Positions 28,906-37,942 of a DNA stretch of 64,000 nucleotides are shown piece by piece. The number at the start of each line of letters is the position of its first letter. The first letter of the stretch is position 1. This stretch comes from Vicinamibacterales bacterium (GTDB taxonomy: Bacteria > Acidobacteriota > Vicinamibacteria > Vicinamibacterales > UBA8438), in NCBI GenBank assembly GCA_965218825.1, contig OZ244656.1:4765038-4829037 (forward strand), given 5' to 3'. The translations under genes were made by a program, and so were the position numbers. The notes under the pieces were generated by a model. That model did no database searches. It saw only the letters and a list, made by a program, of their open reading frames with translations, and had not been told where the DNA came from.

Positions 28906-28939
28906 GAGGCCGGGCAAGACCGCCCGGCCTCATTGTTTC
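28906..28939 (+). terminator. candidate rho-independent terminator
   Basis: GAGGCCGGGC-aagacc-GCCCGGCCTC followed by attgtttc, about 90 nt after the stop at 28813. The T tract is weak. Confidence 0.4.
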
Positions 28940-29097
28940 GAACTCGCTCCTGGGGTGCGACTCCTGCGTGGGTTCCTTGTCCTTGCGCAGGTGCTTGTGC
29001 CGGTCGCTGTTGATTCGCCGCGCCGTTACACCGTGGCTGCCCATCGGTGGGACTACCGGTCGCTCCCCACACATCCTTCGCCTCGCGTCCTCAAGCA

Positions 29098-29307
29098 ATG
29101 CTCGCCTACAATCCAGAGAATATGACCGAAGACGAACGAGAACACTTGCTCAGCACGGTGGGCCAGGCGCACGCGGGCCTGTCCGAGGTGGCCCTCAAGT
29201 TGCGGTGGGGATTGCCGCCGAAAACACCGGTGCTCAGGACCGCGATCAAGGCCGAGCGGGCGGCCTTCGATCTCAAGCGATCGCTTCAGCGGCTCGAGGA
29301 CTCATAG
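29098..29307 (+). CDS. small hypothetical helical protein
   Basis: MLAYNPENMTEDEREHLLSTVGQAHAGLSEVALKLRW... The start is uncertain. It converges on the IS-disrupted gene. Confidence 0.3.
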   Translation: MLAYNPENMTEDEREHLLSTVGQAHAGLSEVALKLRWGLPPKTPVLRTAIKAERAAFDLKRSLQRLEDS

Positions 29308-29503
29308 CCGTGATCCGGCTAGCGCCTCAACGAGGCGCTGATTCGGATTTGCCGAGCTATAGTTTCCGTCCTCCTGCCATGACTTTGTGTGAAGCCAATT
29401 GGTGTGCTTCTCGACTAAGCGAACCAGTGCGTCATGCTCGATCAGATACCACTCCTGGTACATCGGAAATGCCATGTAGAGCGATTTGCCGACATACTTT
29501 TTC
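29302..29503 (-). pseudogene. C-terminal half of a small PD-(D/E)xK-like gene split by ISL3 copy 1
   Basis: (KK)YVGKSLYMAFPMYQEWYLIEHDALVRLVEKHTNWLHTKSWQEDGNYSSANPNQRLVEALAGSRL. It joins in frame to 30892-31105 once the IS is removed. Confidence 0.6.
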
Positions 29504-30891
29504 GGTCCTTCCGGGTTTAGCGTGGGTAGAGGTCGAGCCCTCCGCAGTGAAAATAGATCGCCGTCGTGAAGTGTGACGGGTTGCGGAAGCCGCCGGCCTT
29601 TCGCTTGATGCTCATGATCTTGCTGTTGAGACCTTCAGCCACGCCATTCGTGATCGGATGCTGGACAAAGCGGAGCACCCCTGCGAGATGCCGCTTCAAC
29701 GTCTTCGCCACCTGCTTCACGGGCGCGAGCCGCGAGCGGATCGCCCAGCCATACCAGCGCGTGAAGAACCGCGTCACGGCCGCATGCTGACGGTAGGTCC
29801 ACAAGGCCCGCAACGCTTCTTTGATCGCCCACGCGCGCCCGACTTTCAACTTCAGCGCTTGGAGCGTCGCGAACGCGGCCGCATGCCGCGCCGGCCGCCG
29901 CTCGTCGCTGAACAGCCACAGGTACTTGGTGCCGGTCAGCGGCGCACCCTCGCCGGCCCGCAGAAAAGCGCGATGCTCCTGTTTGCGGACCGTATCGACG
30001 GCCTTCGTCATCTCCCGCATGATGTGGAACCGATCGAAGACGATCTTCTCGTCGCCGGCGGGCAGGCCGTCCCGCGTGGCGCCGATGTACGCCTCCCACA
30101 TGTCCATCGCGACGGCGTGCAGTGCCCGCCGCTGGGCGTCCGTCAACTGGGCATCGTACGCCGCCAGACTCTCCGTCTTGCGATCTTCGGCCACAAACTC
30201 GACGGTCGCCCGCTGGAGGTCGCACACGATCGTGTGATAGCGATGGCCCTTGCGGAACGCCTTCTCGTCGACGCCGATGTAGCGGATCGGCCGCGCCTCT
30301 TTCCGCGCGTGGCCCCGCGCGACGGCGCGGCTCATCACGCCCCAGGCCTCGTCCCAGCTGACGCCCGCGATCTCACACGCACCTTTGACCGTACTGCACT
30401 GCAGGATCAGATCGATGATCAACCGTTCCAACAACCCCGTGAAGCGGCTCCGTGGCTCGGCCCACGGCACCCGCACTTGCTTCACGCCATGGGTCGGACA
30501 CTGCACCCGCGGAATCTCGGCATGCAGGTGCGTCTGAAACTGACACGTGTCGAGATGGCGCCACGTGCGCTCTGCCGCATGATCGAAGGCGGGCACCGTC
30601 TCGCCGCAGTTGGGACAGGGCCAGCGCGTCGGCTCGTGCTCTAGCCACACGTCGACCCGCTCGTCCTCGGGTTTCAGCTCGACGCGCGCCACGTGCCAGG
30701 GGGTAGGGATCCCCAAGATCGTCTCGAACAGCTTGGTATCCTGCATTCGCTCCTCCGCCGGAGCGGTCTATCAGCAGGACACCTCGAGTGCAATCCGCCG
30801 CCGAGCAAGCCCCCACCCACCAGGGGGCCCCCGCAGGCGGCCTGACGAGTCACCCGGGATCCTTGCGACCCACGGAGATCCCGGAAGGACC
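29504..30891 (-). mobile_element. ISL3-family IS, copy 1 (1,388 bp)
   Basis: Inverted repeats GGTCCTTCCGGG(T/A)T..CGTGGG at both ends. Flanking 8-bp duplication ACTTTTTC (29496-29503) / ACTTTTTT (30892-30899). Confidence 0.9.
29517..30746 (-). CDS. ISL3-family transposase
   Basis: 409 aa with an N-terminal zinc finger (WPCPNCG...CPTHG) and a DDE_Tnp_ISL3 body (YIGVDEKAFRKGHRYHTIVCDL, NGVAEGLNSKI). Confidence 0.9.
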   Translation of the reverse strand: MQDTKLFETILGIPTPWHVARVELKPEDERVDVWLEHEPTRWPCPNCGETVPAFDHAAERTWRHLDTCQFQTHLHAEIPRVQCPTHGVKQVRVPWAEPRSRFTGLLERLIIDLILQCSTVKGACEIAGVSWDEAWGVMSRAVARGHARKEARPIRYIGVDEKAFRKGHRYHTIVCDLQRATVEFVAEDRKTESLAAYDAQLTDAQRRALHAVAMDMWEAYIGATRDGLPAGDEKIVFDRFHIMREMTKAVDTVRKQEHRAFLRAGEGAPLTGTKYLWLFSDERRPARHAAAFATLQALKLKVGRAWAIKEALRALWTYRQHAAVTRFFTRWYGWAIRSRLAPVKQVAKTLKRHLAGVLRFVQHPITNGVAEGLNSKIMSIKRKAGGFRNPSHFTTAIYFHCGGLDLYPR

Positions 30892-31105
30892 ACTTTTTTG
30901 AGAGTGCGAGTCGCGCTTTCAACTGCACTTTCAGCGTACCGCTGCCATCTTTGTGATACGCGAGAAAGTCAGCTCCCTGCCAGTCGTCCGCGAGCTTGAT
31001 GCAGTTGTATCCGTAGTCGGAGAGCTTTCCCGCAACTTTTTGAAAATTGAAAACCTCCTTCTGCTTGGAGTTCAAATCGGTGTATTTGATCTTCCTGAGT
31101 TTCAT
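30892..31105 (-). pseudogene. N-terminal half of the ISL3-split PD-(D/E)xK-like gene
   Basis: MKLRKIKYTDLNSKQKEVFNFQKVAGKLSDYGYNCIKLADDWQGADFLAYHKDGSGTLKVQLKARLALSKK. The GADF...VQLK spacing resembles a D...(E/Q)xK nuclease core. GC is low. Confidence 0.55.
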
Positions 31106-31159
31106 GAGGGGGTATCAGTGGCATTCTCAACCTGAACCTGTCGCTGGCAGTGTAGGCCC

Positions 31160-31384
31160 ATGACACGCTCTGCGCCACGCGACAGCGGCTACCGCTTTCC
31201 TCCCGAGATCATCAGTCACGCAGTCTGGCTCGACTACCGCCTTGGCCTGAGCTTCCGCGACGTCGAGGAGCTGCTCGCCGAACGCGGGATCACCGTCTCG
31301 TACGAGACGATCCGGCCGTGGTGTCAGACCTTCGGGCCCGACGACGCCCGGACGCTGCACCACCGCCGGGGCGCGGTTTGGTAA
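31160..31384 (+). pseudogene. IS6-family transposase, N-terminal fragment
   Basis: YRFPPEIISHAVWLDYRLGLSFRDVEELLAERGITVSYETIRPWCQTFGP is a classic IS6 HTH N-terminus. No DDE part follows. Confidence 0.7.
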
Positions 31385-31434
31385 ACGCCGCGAGACGCAG
31401 AGCCCGCCCGCCCGCAGCCCGGCGGTGAGTGCTC

Positions 31435-31950
31435 TCATACTTCTATCGGATCCGCCTCGGCCGACGCCGAGCCGGGCGGCCGGTCATGCCGCAACCAGCG
31501 TGCGAGCGCCTTGCCGGGATCAGCGATCTCCTCGAGCGAGCCGTACCACGCGGTTTCCCAGCCGTCCGCGGGCAGGCCCGTGAACAACATCAGATTGAGC
31601 GGGTAGACCTCGCTGTCAGTGCACCGGCGAAAATCGTCTCGGAACAGGAACACCGGCTTCTCCCACGCGATCGCCATGCCCAGCTCCACCATGACGCCCT
31701 CATCCGGAGGACAGCCGTTGACCACTGCGAATAGCCCATCGGCCTCGCGTACGTCCCGCAGATCGGCCTGCCCGATCCGATACGCCCAGCCCACACTCGC
31801 CCGGTCGATCTGGTTGTTGCGGGCGAACGGCTCCCACACGTCGGCCCCCATCGACTCCAGCGCCCTCACCAGCGCGTGGAGCGGTCCGTCGCGCTGTTGC
31901 GCGGAGAAGCCATAGGGGTTCGCCACATAGAGGGTTTTCTTCGCGGTCAT
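31435..31950 (-). CDS. nucleoside 2-deoxyribosyltransferase-like protein
   Basis: MTAKKTLYVANPYGFS...ADGLFAVVNGCPPDEGVMVELGMAIAWEKPVFLFRDD fits the PF05014 pattern (YlAGP...D.GT..E.G.A.a.gKPv). The start is taken at the internal Met 31950. Confidence 0.6.
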   Translation of the reverse strand: MTAKKTLYVANPYGFSAQQRDGPLHALVRALESMGADVWEPFARNNQIDRASVGWAYRIGQADLRDVREADGLFAVVNGCPPDEGVMVELGMAIAWEKPVFLFRDDFRRCTDSEVYPLNLMLFTGLPADGWETAWYGSLEEIADPGKALARWLRHDRPPGSASAEADPIEV

Positions 31951-32358
31951 GTGTACGTGCGCGGTGGTCGGCAATGGCGCCATCATAGAGGCGCCAGCCA
32001 CGGGTGTCGAGAGAGCCTGTGATCGCCTGTCGGTCGCCCCGCTGTTGCGCGCGACGGCGCTGGCGGTGCCCGGCACGCTCGTGACGGGCATGATGCCGTG
32101 CGGGTGTGTTTGCCTGCGCCGACGGGTGGCACCCGGCCTCCCGATGAACCCGCGGCCGGGCCCGGCGCGTGCCCGTGTTCAGGGGCGTCGGTGGGAATGG
32201 CAAGCAAAAAAGGGACCTTTTGGCCACGTGAAAAGGGACCCCCTGAGCAACCCGTAACGAGCGATATCCTGGCGACGATCTAAGTGACGAGACACGGTCG
32301 TCTCGTCTACGCGTGTGCCGCGATCGCCGGCCGCGTCGTACCTATGGCCCGTGCGCCC

Positions 32359-33387
32359 TTATGCGGTGCCGCGTCGTACGAGGCGGAGGGGTGATGCGGT
32401 GCGCGGGGCGGCGGTGCCGGCCGCGTGGGGCCGCCGACGGGCTGGCACCGCCTGCGCCTGCTGCGCCAGATACTCGACGAGCTGGTCCCCGGCGTCGAGC
32501 AGTTCCTGCTCGTTAATAATGTTGTAGCGGTCGAAGATGGCGCGGCTCTTGTGCCCGGTCAGGAGCATGGCGACCCGCTCGGGGACACTGGCGCGGATCA
32601 GGTTGCGCGCGGCGGTGCGGCGACAATCGTGAAGGAAGCGAGTCGGCACCCCAGCGGCCTGGCAGGCGGTGCGCCACGCCGTGCGCCAGCGGCGGACGGG
32701 GATGCCGTCGCGGTGGAAGACGAGCAGGCTGTCGGGGTCGCGGCGTGCCCGCCGTCGTGCCAGCGCGTCGGCAATGGGGGGTGAGATGGGGAGAATCCGG
32801 CCCACCAGCGTCTTCGAGCGCGCGGGCGAGAGTCGGATGACGCCGCCGGCCTCGTCGATCTCCTCCCAGGTGAGGCCGAGGAGTTCCTGCTTGCGCCAGC
32901 CGGAGTAGTAGGCGAGATCGAGGATGTCCTGCCACGGGGCGGGCAGGTGGACGCGGACGGCAAGGTATTCGGGGTGCTCGAAGAAGCCCTGGCGGGGGGG
33001 ATTCTCGCGCAGCCGGTCGGGGAACCCGGGCACGGTGTCGAGCCAGCCCCAGTGGACAGCGAGGGTGCCCATGCGGTGGAGGGCCGAGGTCTCGCGGTTG
33101 ATGGTGCCGGTGGCCGCCCCGGCGGTGCGCCGGGCGAGTTGATACTGGCGGATCCGGTACGTGGTGAGCGCGGCGGCCCGCGCGTCGCGGCCGAAGAAGG
33201 CGGCGAGATGGGCGGTCCGGCCGCGAGCGGTGCTGACGGACCGGAACTGCCGGACCTGATAGTCCTGGAGATAGGCGTCGATAAGGTCCCCCAGGGTCGG
33301 CCCCTGGGGGCCGAACGTGCACGTGAGCGGCGCCGTGGCGTGTGCGTCACCGGAGGCGGTGGTCGAGACGGTCTCGGGCGGGGTCAT
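32359..33387 (-). CDS. tyrosine-type site-specific recombinase/integrase, paralog 1
   Basis: AAGGAGG RBS before ATG 33387. Catalytic set ARSKT (R), HDCRRT (HxxR), GHKSRAIFDRYNI (H..Y). An N-terminal SAM-like domain is present. Confidence 0.9.
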   Translation of the reverse strand: MTPPETVSTTASGDAHATAPLTCTFGPQGPTLGDLIDAYLQDYQVRQFRSVSTARGRTAHLAAFFGRDARAAALTTYRIRQYQLARRTAGAATGTINRETSALHRMGTLAVHWGWLDTVPGFPDRLRENPPRQGFFEHPEYLAVRVHLPAPWQDILDLAYYSGWRKQELLGLTWEEIDEAGGVIRLSPARSKTLVGRILPISPPIADALARRRARRDPDSLLVFHRDGIPVRRWRTAWRTACQAAGVPTRFLHDCRRTAARNLIRASVPERVAMLLTGHKSRAIFDRYNIINEQELLDAGDQLVEYLAQQAQAVPARRRPHAAGTAAPRTASPLRLVRRGTA

Positions 33388-33547
33388 GGACTCGGGTCCT
33401 CCTTGTGGTGGCGGCCGCGGGTAGGCGGCGTCCGTCCACATTCGCTCTGGTGGGCGCGACAGGCAAGCGGAATGTGCGACGGCGACGGCACGGCGATGTG
33501 GGAGGATGGCGGCCGAGTGCACATGTACGGAGCGCGAATTCGGCCGG

Positions 33548-33730
33548 GCCGGACACCGCCCGCCTGTGCGCCGCAGCTCACGCACAGGCCACCGATACGA
33601 ACCGGCCCGCGATCGTGGCACACGCGGCGACGGGGGCGGGCCAACGCCGCAGAACACGAGGACGCCCCGGGCCAGGCTGCGGGTGTATGCCGGAAGGCTG
33701 GATGCTACTCGCCGGCGCAGGACCGCACCC
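33548..33730 (-). repeat. ~183-bp repeat arm upstream of integrase 1
   Basis: Its reverse complement aligns end to end with 63624-63807 at roughly 88% identity by eye. Confidence 0.7.
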
Positions 33731-33897
33731 TGCCGATCCTGACGAAACGGACCGACGGAGGAGGCAGGCTTACGAAGGGACCCGCCAGAAACGGCAACGC
33801 GGGCTTTCGATGTCGATCCGGTGCGTGTTGAGACTCAGCCCATTCTTGCAAAGCCGCCACGAGCGAGTCTGGTGGGCGGCCTCTATGTCCGCAAGTA

Positions 33898-34746
33898 TCA
33901 CGACTGCGACCTCAATCGCAGAAGGTTCCGAACACGCCAAAAGTGCCGTGCCTGACTTACGGGCAAGGCATCACACAAGCCTAGGATAAAGGGCCCACTG
34001 CTTACGAACACCGGAGATGAATCACTTTCTGCCAGCCGCTCGAATAGCCTGGCTAAGCTCGCCGGCCTCGCTTCGCCATCGAGTTCCCACCAGGTACAGC
34101 CGACGAGTCCGGCGAGAATGGCACGTGAGATTTCCTTCCGCATCTCGGCATTCAGCTCTGCATCGCCAACCTTTGCCGCTACGGCGAGAAGCTGCGTCTC
34201 AATTTTGGTTCGAGCCTTCTCGCTCACATGCCGTGCCTGTGAGGCCATCACACCGATGACTAGGGTCGCCAGCACAGGATCCCGCTGGATGTAGTCCAGC
34301 AGATCTGCGCTGAGCAACGCATCCTCGACTACCAAGCGTATGGACTCGGACGGAGGAGAATCGCCAAGAATAATGCCGAGCCGAACCCAACACCGTTGCT
34401 CATCGTTAAGGTTAGTACCGAGCTGATCCCAACACCGTTGCTCGTAGTTCTTCTCGTAGTTCTTTCCTACGATCCCTGCGCACGCCTCTCCTACAGCAAC
34501 ATCGATCGCTTCAAATGTATAATCTCTTCTGACTTCTTTAGGAAAGAGTGACAGCCAGCTTCGATCGTTCCCTAGCCAACTTCCAAGAAGATTCGTCGCA
34601 TGGCGAGTGTCAGTCAGCATCGTCTGGGCAAGTGCCACCCGCCCGCGGCCGCTCATACCCGCAAGGCTCTTGCCCCACATCGTCTGTACTGTTGCCTCCA
34701 TGACTGTATCGGTACAAATCACTGTCAAGGCCGACAGTACGAACAC
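33898..34746 (-). CDS. hypothetical protein (lower GC), possibly 5'-clipped by IS copy C
   Basis: 282-aa ORF with no recognisable motifs. Its start is 15 nt from the IS end at 34762. Confidence 0.4.
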   Translation of the reverse strand: MFVLSALTVICTDTVMEATVQTMWGKSLAGMSGRGRVALAQTMLTDTRHATNLLGSWLGNDRSWLSLFPKEVRRDYTFEAIDVAVGEACAGIVGKNYEKNYEQRCWDQLGTNLNDEQRCWVRLGIILGDSPPSESIRLVVEDALLSADLLDYIQRDPVLATLVIGVMASQARHVSEKARTKIETQLLAVAAKVGDAELNAEMRKEISRAILAGLVGCTWWELDGEARPASLARLFERLAESDSSPVFVSSGPFILGLCDALPVSQARHFWRVRNLLRLRSQS

Positions 34747-34761
34747 CGCCGCGCCCAGACG

Positions 34762-36119
34762 TGTGGGTGGCGAATTGCTAATCAGCCCCGCAATCCGTTG
34801 AGATTATCAAGTCTTGTGATCCTGGGCGTGGTCGCTAGGATGTTCCGATGCGCGACCCGATCATCCTACTGGTTCACCTGATCGCCACCCTGGCGCGGCT
34901 CATGGGCCCCGGCGGTCTACGGTCTGTCGTCGCCGAATCGCTCTTGGTCAAGCATCAACTGCTGATTCTCAATCGCTCGCGACACCGGGCGCCGAATCTC
35001 TGCGTGTCGGATCGGATCCTCGCCGGTGTCTGTGCGCTGTTCATGCGCCCGGCTCGTGTGTTCCGCTCGGCGATCGTGCTCAGACCGTCGACGATCCTGA
35101 ACTTCCATCGAACGTTGCGCCAACGTAAATACCGACTGCTGTTTTCACCGAAGCGCCGCCGCACAGGACCCAAGGGTCCGCCCAAAGACCTAGTCGACGC
35201 CATCGTCGACATGAAGCGGCGCAACCCCAGGTGGGGCTGTCCGCGGATCGCACAACAGATCGCGCTCGCCTTTGCGGTCGACAGCGACAAGGACGTGGTG
35301 CGCCGAGTGCTCGCCACGCACTATCGACCGGCACCCCGCTCGGGTGGTCCGTCCTGGCTGACATTCCTGGGGCATGCGAAAGATAGCCTGTGGAGCATCG
35401 ACCTGTTCCGGTGCGAGTCGGCGACCCTGCGAAGCCATTGGGTGCTGGTGGTGATGGACCAATACACGCGGCGGATCGTCGGCTTTGGCATCCATGCTGG
35501 AACCGTGGATGGCCGCGCCCTGTGCCGCATGTTCAACCATGCGATTCGAGGGCGCTCGCGTCCGAAGCGCCTCAGCTCCGACCACGACCCGCTGTATCGG
35601 TTTCACCAATGGTGCGCCAACCTGCGGGTGCTGCAGGTGACCGAGGTGAAGAGTGTGCCGTATGTGCCGCTGTCGCATCCGTTTGTCGAACGGTTGATCG
35701 GCACGCTGCGACGAGAATGCGTGGATCAACTGCTGTTCTGGTCTGCGTCGGACCTGGAAGACAAACTGGTGACCTTCCAGGACTTCTACAATGCGCATCG
35801 GGCCCATGCGTCGTTGGACGGGCGGACGCCCGTCCCGATACGAAAGGATGTCGCACGGCTCGACCGCTACCGCTGGGACGAGCATTGCCGCGGACTCTAT
35901 CAGACGCCGATCGCGGCGTGAATCTGAACAGCGAAGACGTTGGCGAGCGTGGCGACGCGCCCGCCTGCAGAGTCTGCCGCGTTCCCGCCATCGCGCAGCA
36001 GGGCAGTACTTCAGCAACACATCTCACGCACGCCATCGCGAGAACTTCGCGGATGGTTCCGGCTCCCGCGACATGAAGATCGAGCGATAGATCGAATTCT
36101 TACGAATTCGCCACCCACA
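34762..36119 (+). mobile_element. IS481-like element, copy C, full length (1,358 bp)
   Basis: Inverted repeats TGTGGGTGGCGAATT at 34762 and, reverse-complemented, at 36119. No flanking duplication. Confidence 0.8.
34848..35921 (+). CDS. IS481-like transposase (integrase core domain)
   Basis: 357 aa, near-identical to 12405-13478. Confidence 0.85.
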   Translation: MRDPIILLVHLIATLARLMGPGGLRSVVAESLLVKHQLLILNRSRHRAPNLCVSDRILAGVCALFMRPARVFRSAIVLRPSTILNFHRTLRQRKYRLLFSPKRRRTGPKGPPKDLVDAIVDMKRRNPRWGCPRIAQQIALAFAVDSDKDVVRRVLATHYRPAPRSGGPSWLTFLGHAKDSLWSIDLFRCESATLRSHWVLVVMDQYTRRIVGFGIHAGTVDGRALCRMFNHAIRGRSRPKRLSSDHDPLYRFHQWCANLRVLQVTEVKSVPYVPLSHPFVERLIGTLRRECVDQLLFWSASDLEDKLVTFQDFYNAHRAHASLDGRTPVPIRKDVARLDRYRWDEHCRGLYQTPIAA

Positions 36120-36297
36120 GGTGACAGAGCCACGTCCAGAACAGCCGGTCAACGGACCGCAACCGCGGGCGCCCGCGGGCCTGTCGCTGCAGGACCGCTC
36201 ATTGATGACGAAGCGCCGCGTTCTCAATCTGGAGCGCCGCCTGGCTCTGCAGGCCTGAGCCCAACGCGGTGAACAGTACGAGACAGACGGTCCGCAT
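36120..36297 (-). pseudogene. N-terminal fragment of a different rve-type transposase, cut by IS copy C
   Basis: MRTVCLVLFTALGSGLQSQAALQIENAALRHQ(stop)AVLQRQARGRPRLRSVDRLFWTWL parallels the N-terminus of the IS481-like transposases. It has an in-frame stop. Confidence 0.55.
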
Positions 36298-36524
36298 GGC
36301 CCGTGATGCTAGCAGGCCGACGCGAGATCCTCAATAATGCCCAATGTACATAATGGGGGGACGAGGTTTTCGGTAGGCACAGGCAGTCGGGAGTATGAGG
36401 TGTTCGAGATATGAGGCCCTGGCAGGTGGCGGTTGGCTTGCACGGCTGACCAGTGAAGCGATCACCGAGGCTATCCGTCCGTGCACTCCACCGGGTGCGT
36501 TCGGCGCACGGCACTTGCACATGC

Positions 36525-36626
36525 GCTCGACGTATGCAAGACATAGAATCAGACACGGGATACGACACACGGTGGCGCGCGCCGGACGGCGTCCTCGGCA
36601 GTGTGTCCCAAACGACCGGTTACGCA
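36525..36626 (-). repeat. TGTC-rich repeat family, copy 2
   Basis: gctcgacgtatgcaagacatagaatcagacacgggatacgacacacggtggcgcgcgccggacgg plus TGTCCCAAACGACCGGTTACGCA. It is inverted relative to copy 1. Confidence 0.5.
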
Positions 36627-36755
36627 ACGGTCCGGCTCCCGACATGTTTTGATGACTTGGGCGTTGCAAAACCGTGTTGTAGTATCGATTTGATTGGCGA
36701 TGCCTCTATGCGACGCTGATTGGTTCGTCATCGCCGGGAGAGACATCATCTCGCC

Positions 36756-37463
36756 TTAGCTCGTTTGGCTCTCATAGGTCTTTGCTCTTGGTGTTGCCCC
36801 GATTCGCCGTGCTGTTGCCTTCCACAGCGGTCCATGGCCAGCCCCGTGTCCCGCGATCGCGTGTGCGATCTCGTGCAGCACGGTGTCCCGAATTTGCTCC
36901 TCGCTTCCCTCCAGGGCATGGGTGCGGCTGATCCGGATCACGTGGTGTCGGAAATGACAGGCGCCAAGGCGTTTCCTGGCCTCGCCGAACGCGAGCGTCC
37001 AGCCCGTGAGCCCATGCTCGTCCATCAACCGCCTCGCCATTCCCGCGACGCCGTTCAGTCTCTCCGCACCGTTCCTCGCGCTTTCCCTTCCCGCCCTGCG
37101 AAGTAAACCATAGGAGACGTTCCAGCATGTCTTTCCGCAGCGTACCTGTGCGCTCTTCGGGTTGAGCTTCACGATCGAACCACGCCTTGGTCCGTCGGGA
37201 CTTGTGAACGTCACCTCGTCCCCCACGCGGTAGGCAGCGCGTGCTTTGTCGTGCCGCGTGATTATCGTGACTCGTCGCGCTCCTCCCGAGTGCTTTAACG
37301 CTGACTCCGGGACTTTCCAGGTCCGCTCTTCGGTGTCGACTATCTTCGCGAAGCGGCGCCGGCCCTGCCTTTGGAGAAGATGTCCGTGGATGGTTTTCCC
37401 CTTGTGGGTGAACTGTACCGCAGACCCGATAGATAGCGGGCGTTCCTCCGGCTGATTGATCAT
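36756..37463 (-). CDS. SprT-like zinc metalloprotease with duplicated N-terminal small beta domains
   Basis: GGAGAAGG RBS. HEIAHAIAGHGAGHG carries HExxH within an SprT-like context (ACHFRHHVIRISR). Two similar ~45-aa N-terminal modules are present. Confidence 0.7.
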   Translation of the reverse strand: MINQPEERPLSIGSAVQFTHKGKTIHGHLLQRQGRRRFAKIVDTEERTWKVPESALKHSGGARRVTIITRHDKARAAYRVGDEVTFTSPDGPRRGSIVKLNPKSAQVRCGKTCWNVSYGLLRRAGRESARNGAERLNGVAGMARRLMDEHGLTGWTLAFGEARKRLGACHFRHHVIRISRTHALEGSEEQIRDTVLHEIAHAIAGHGAGHGPLWKATARRIGATPRAKTYESQTS

Positions 37464-37642
37464 TCGACCTTCTCCTCTGTCTTGGAGTTGATCAGTCCCG
37501 GCACCCGGTACTCCCGCGTGTGCTCCATCCATTCCACCGCAACGCTCCACTCTCTGGACTCCAGATCGATGTCGGCTCGACTCCGCGGCGGTCAGTTGAC
37601 ATTCTTCAGTTGACCTTCTTATGACTGAAGGAAGACATCGCC

Positions 37643-37810
37643 ATGAGTGGCCACGACGCATTCGAGCGCATCCTGACATCGTTGCACGAAGCCATGCTCG
37701 ACGATGTTCACTGGCCGACCACCACGGCCCTGATTGACGAGGCCTGCGGCCTGACGAGCAATGCACTGGGCCTGATCCGATTTGGTGGACGGTTTAGTTA
37801 CGCTGGTTGA
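37643..37810 (+). pseudogene. 55-aa N-terminal fragment of a regulator-type protein
   Basis: MSGHDAFERILTSLHEAMLDDVHWPTTTALIDEACGL resembles the N-termini of autoinducer-independent LuxR-family regulators. It ends abruptly. Confidence 0.35.
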
Positions 37811-37942
37811 CTAACCGTTCTTCTTCTTCCTTTCATGAAAAGAATGATGGTGTGGGCGCTGTGGGAAACCGCGTTCTGTGCGGGTTTCCAAGTCCCTCGT
37901 GGGCGCGTTCTTCGCGTCCACAGGGACGATAGCGTCCACGCC

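Larger units (their letters stand above)
32309..33730 (-). mobile_element. tyrosine-recombinase unit, copy 1 (integrase + conserved leader + inverted repeat arms)
   Basis: The integrase is flanked by 33548-33730 (full ~183-bp arm) and 32309-32356 (a 47-bp remnant of the same sequence, inverted). The leader 33388-33547 is shared with copy 2. Confidence 0.5.
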
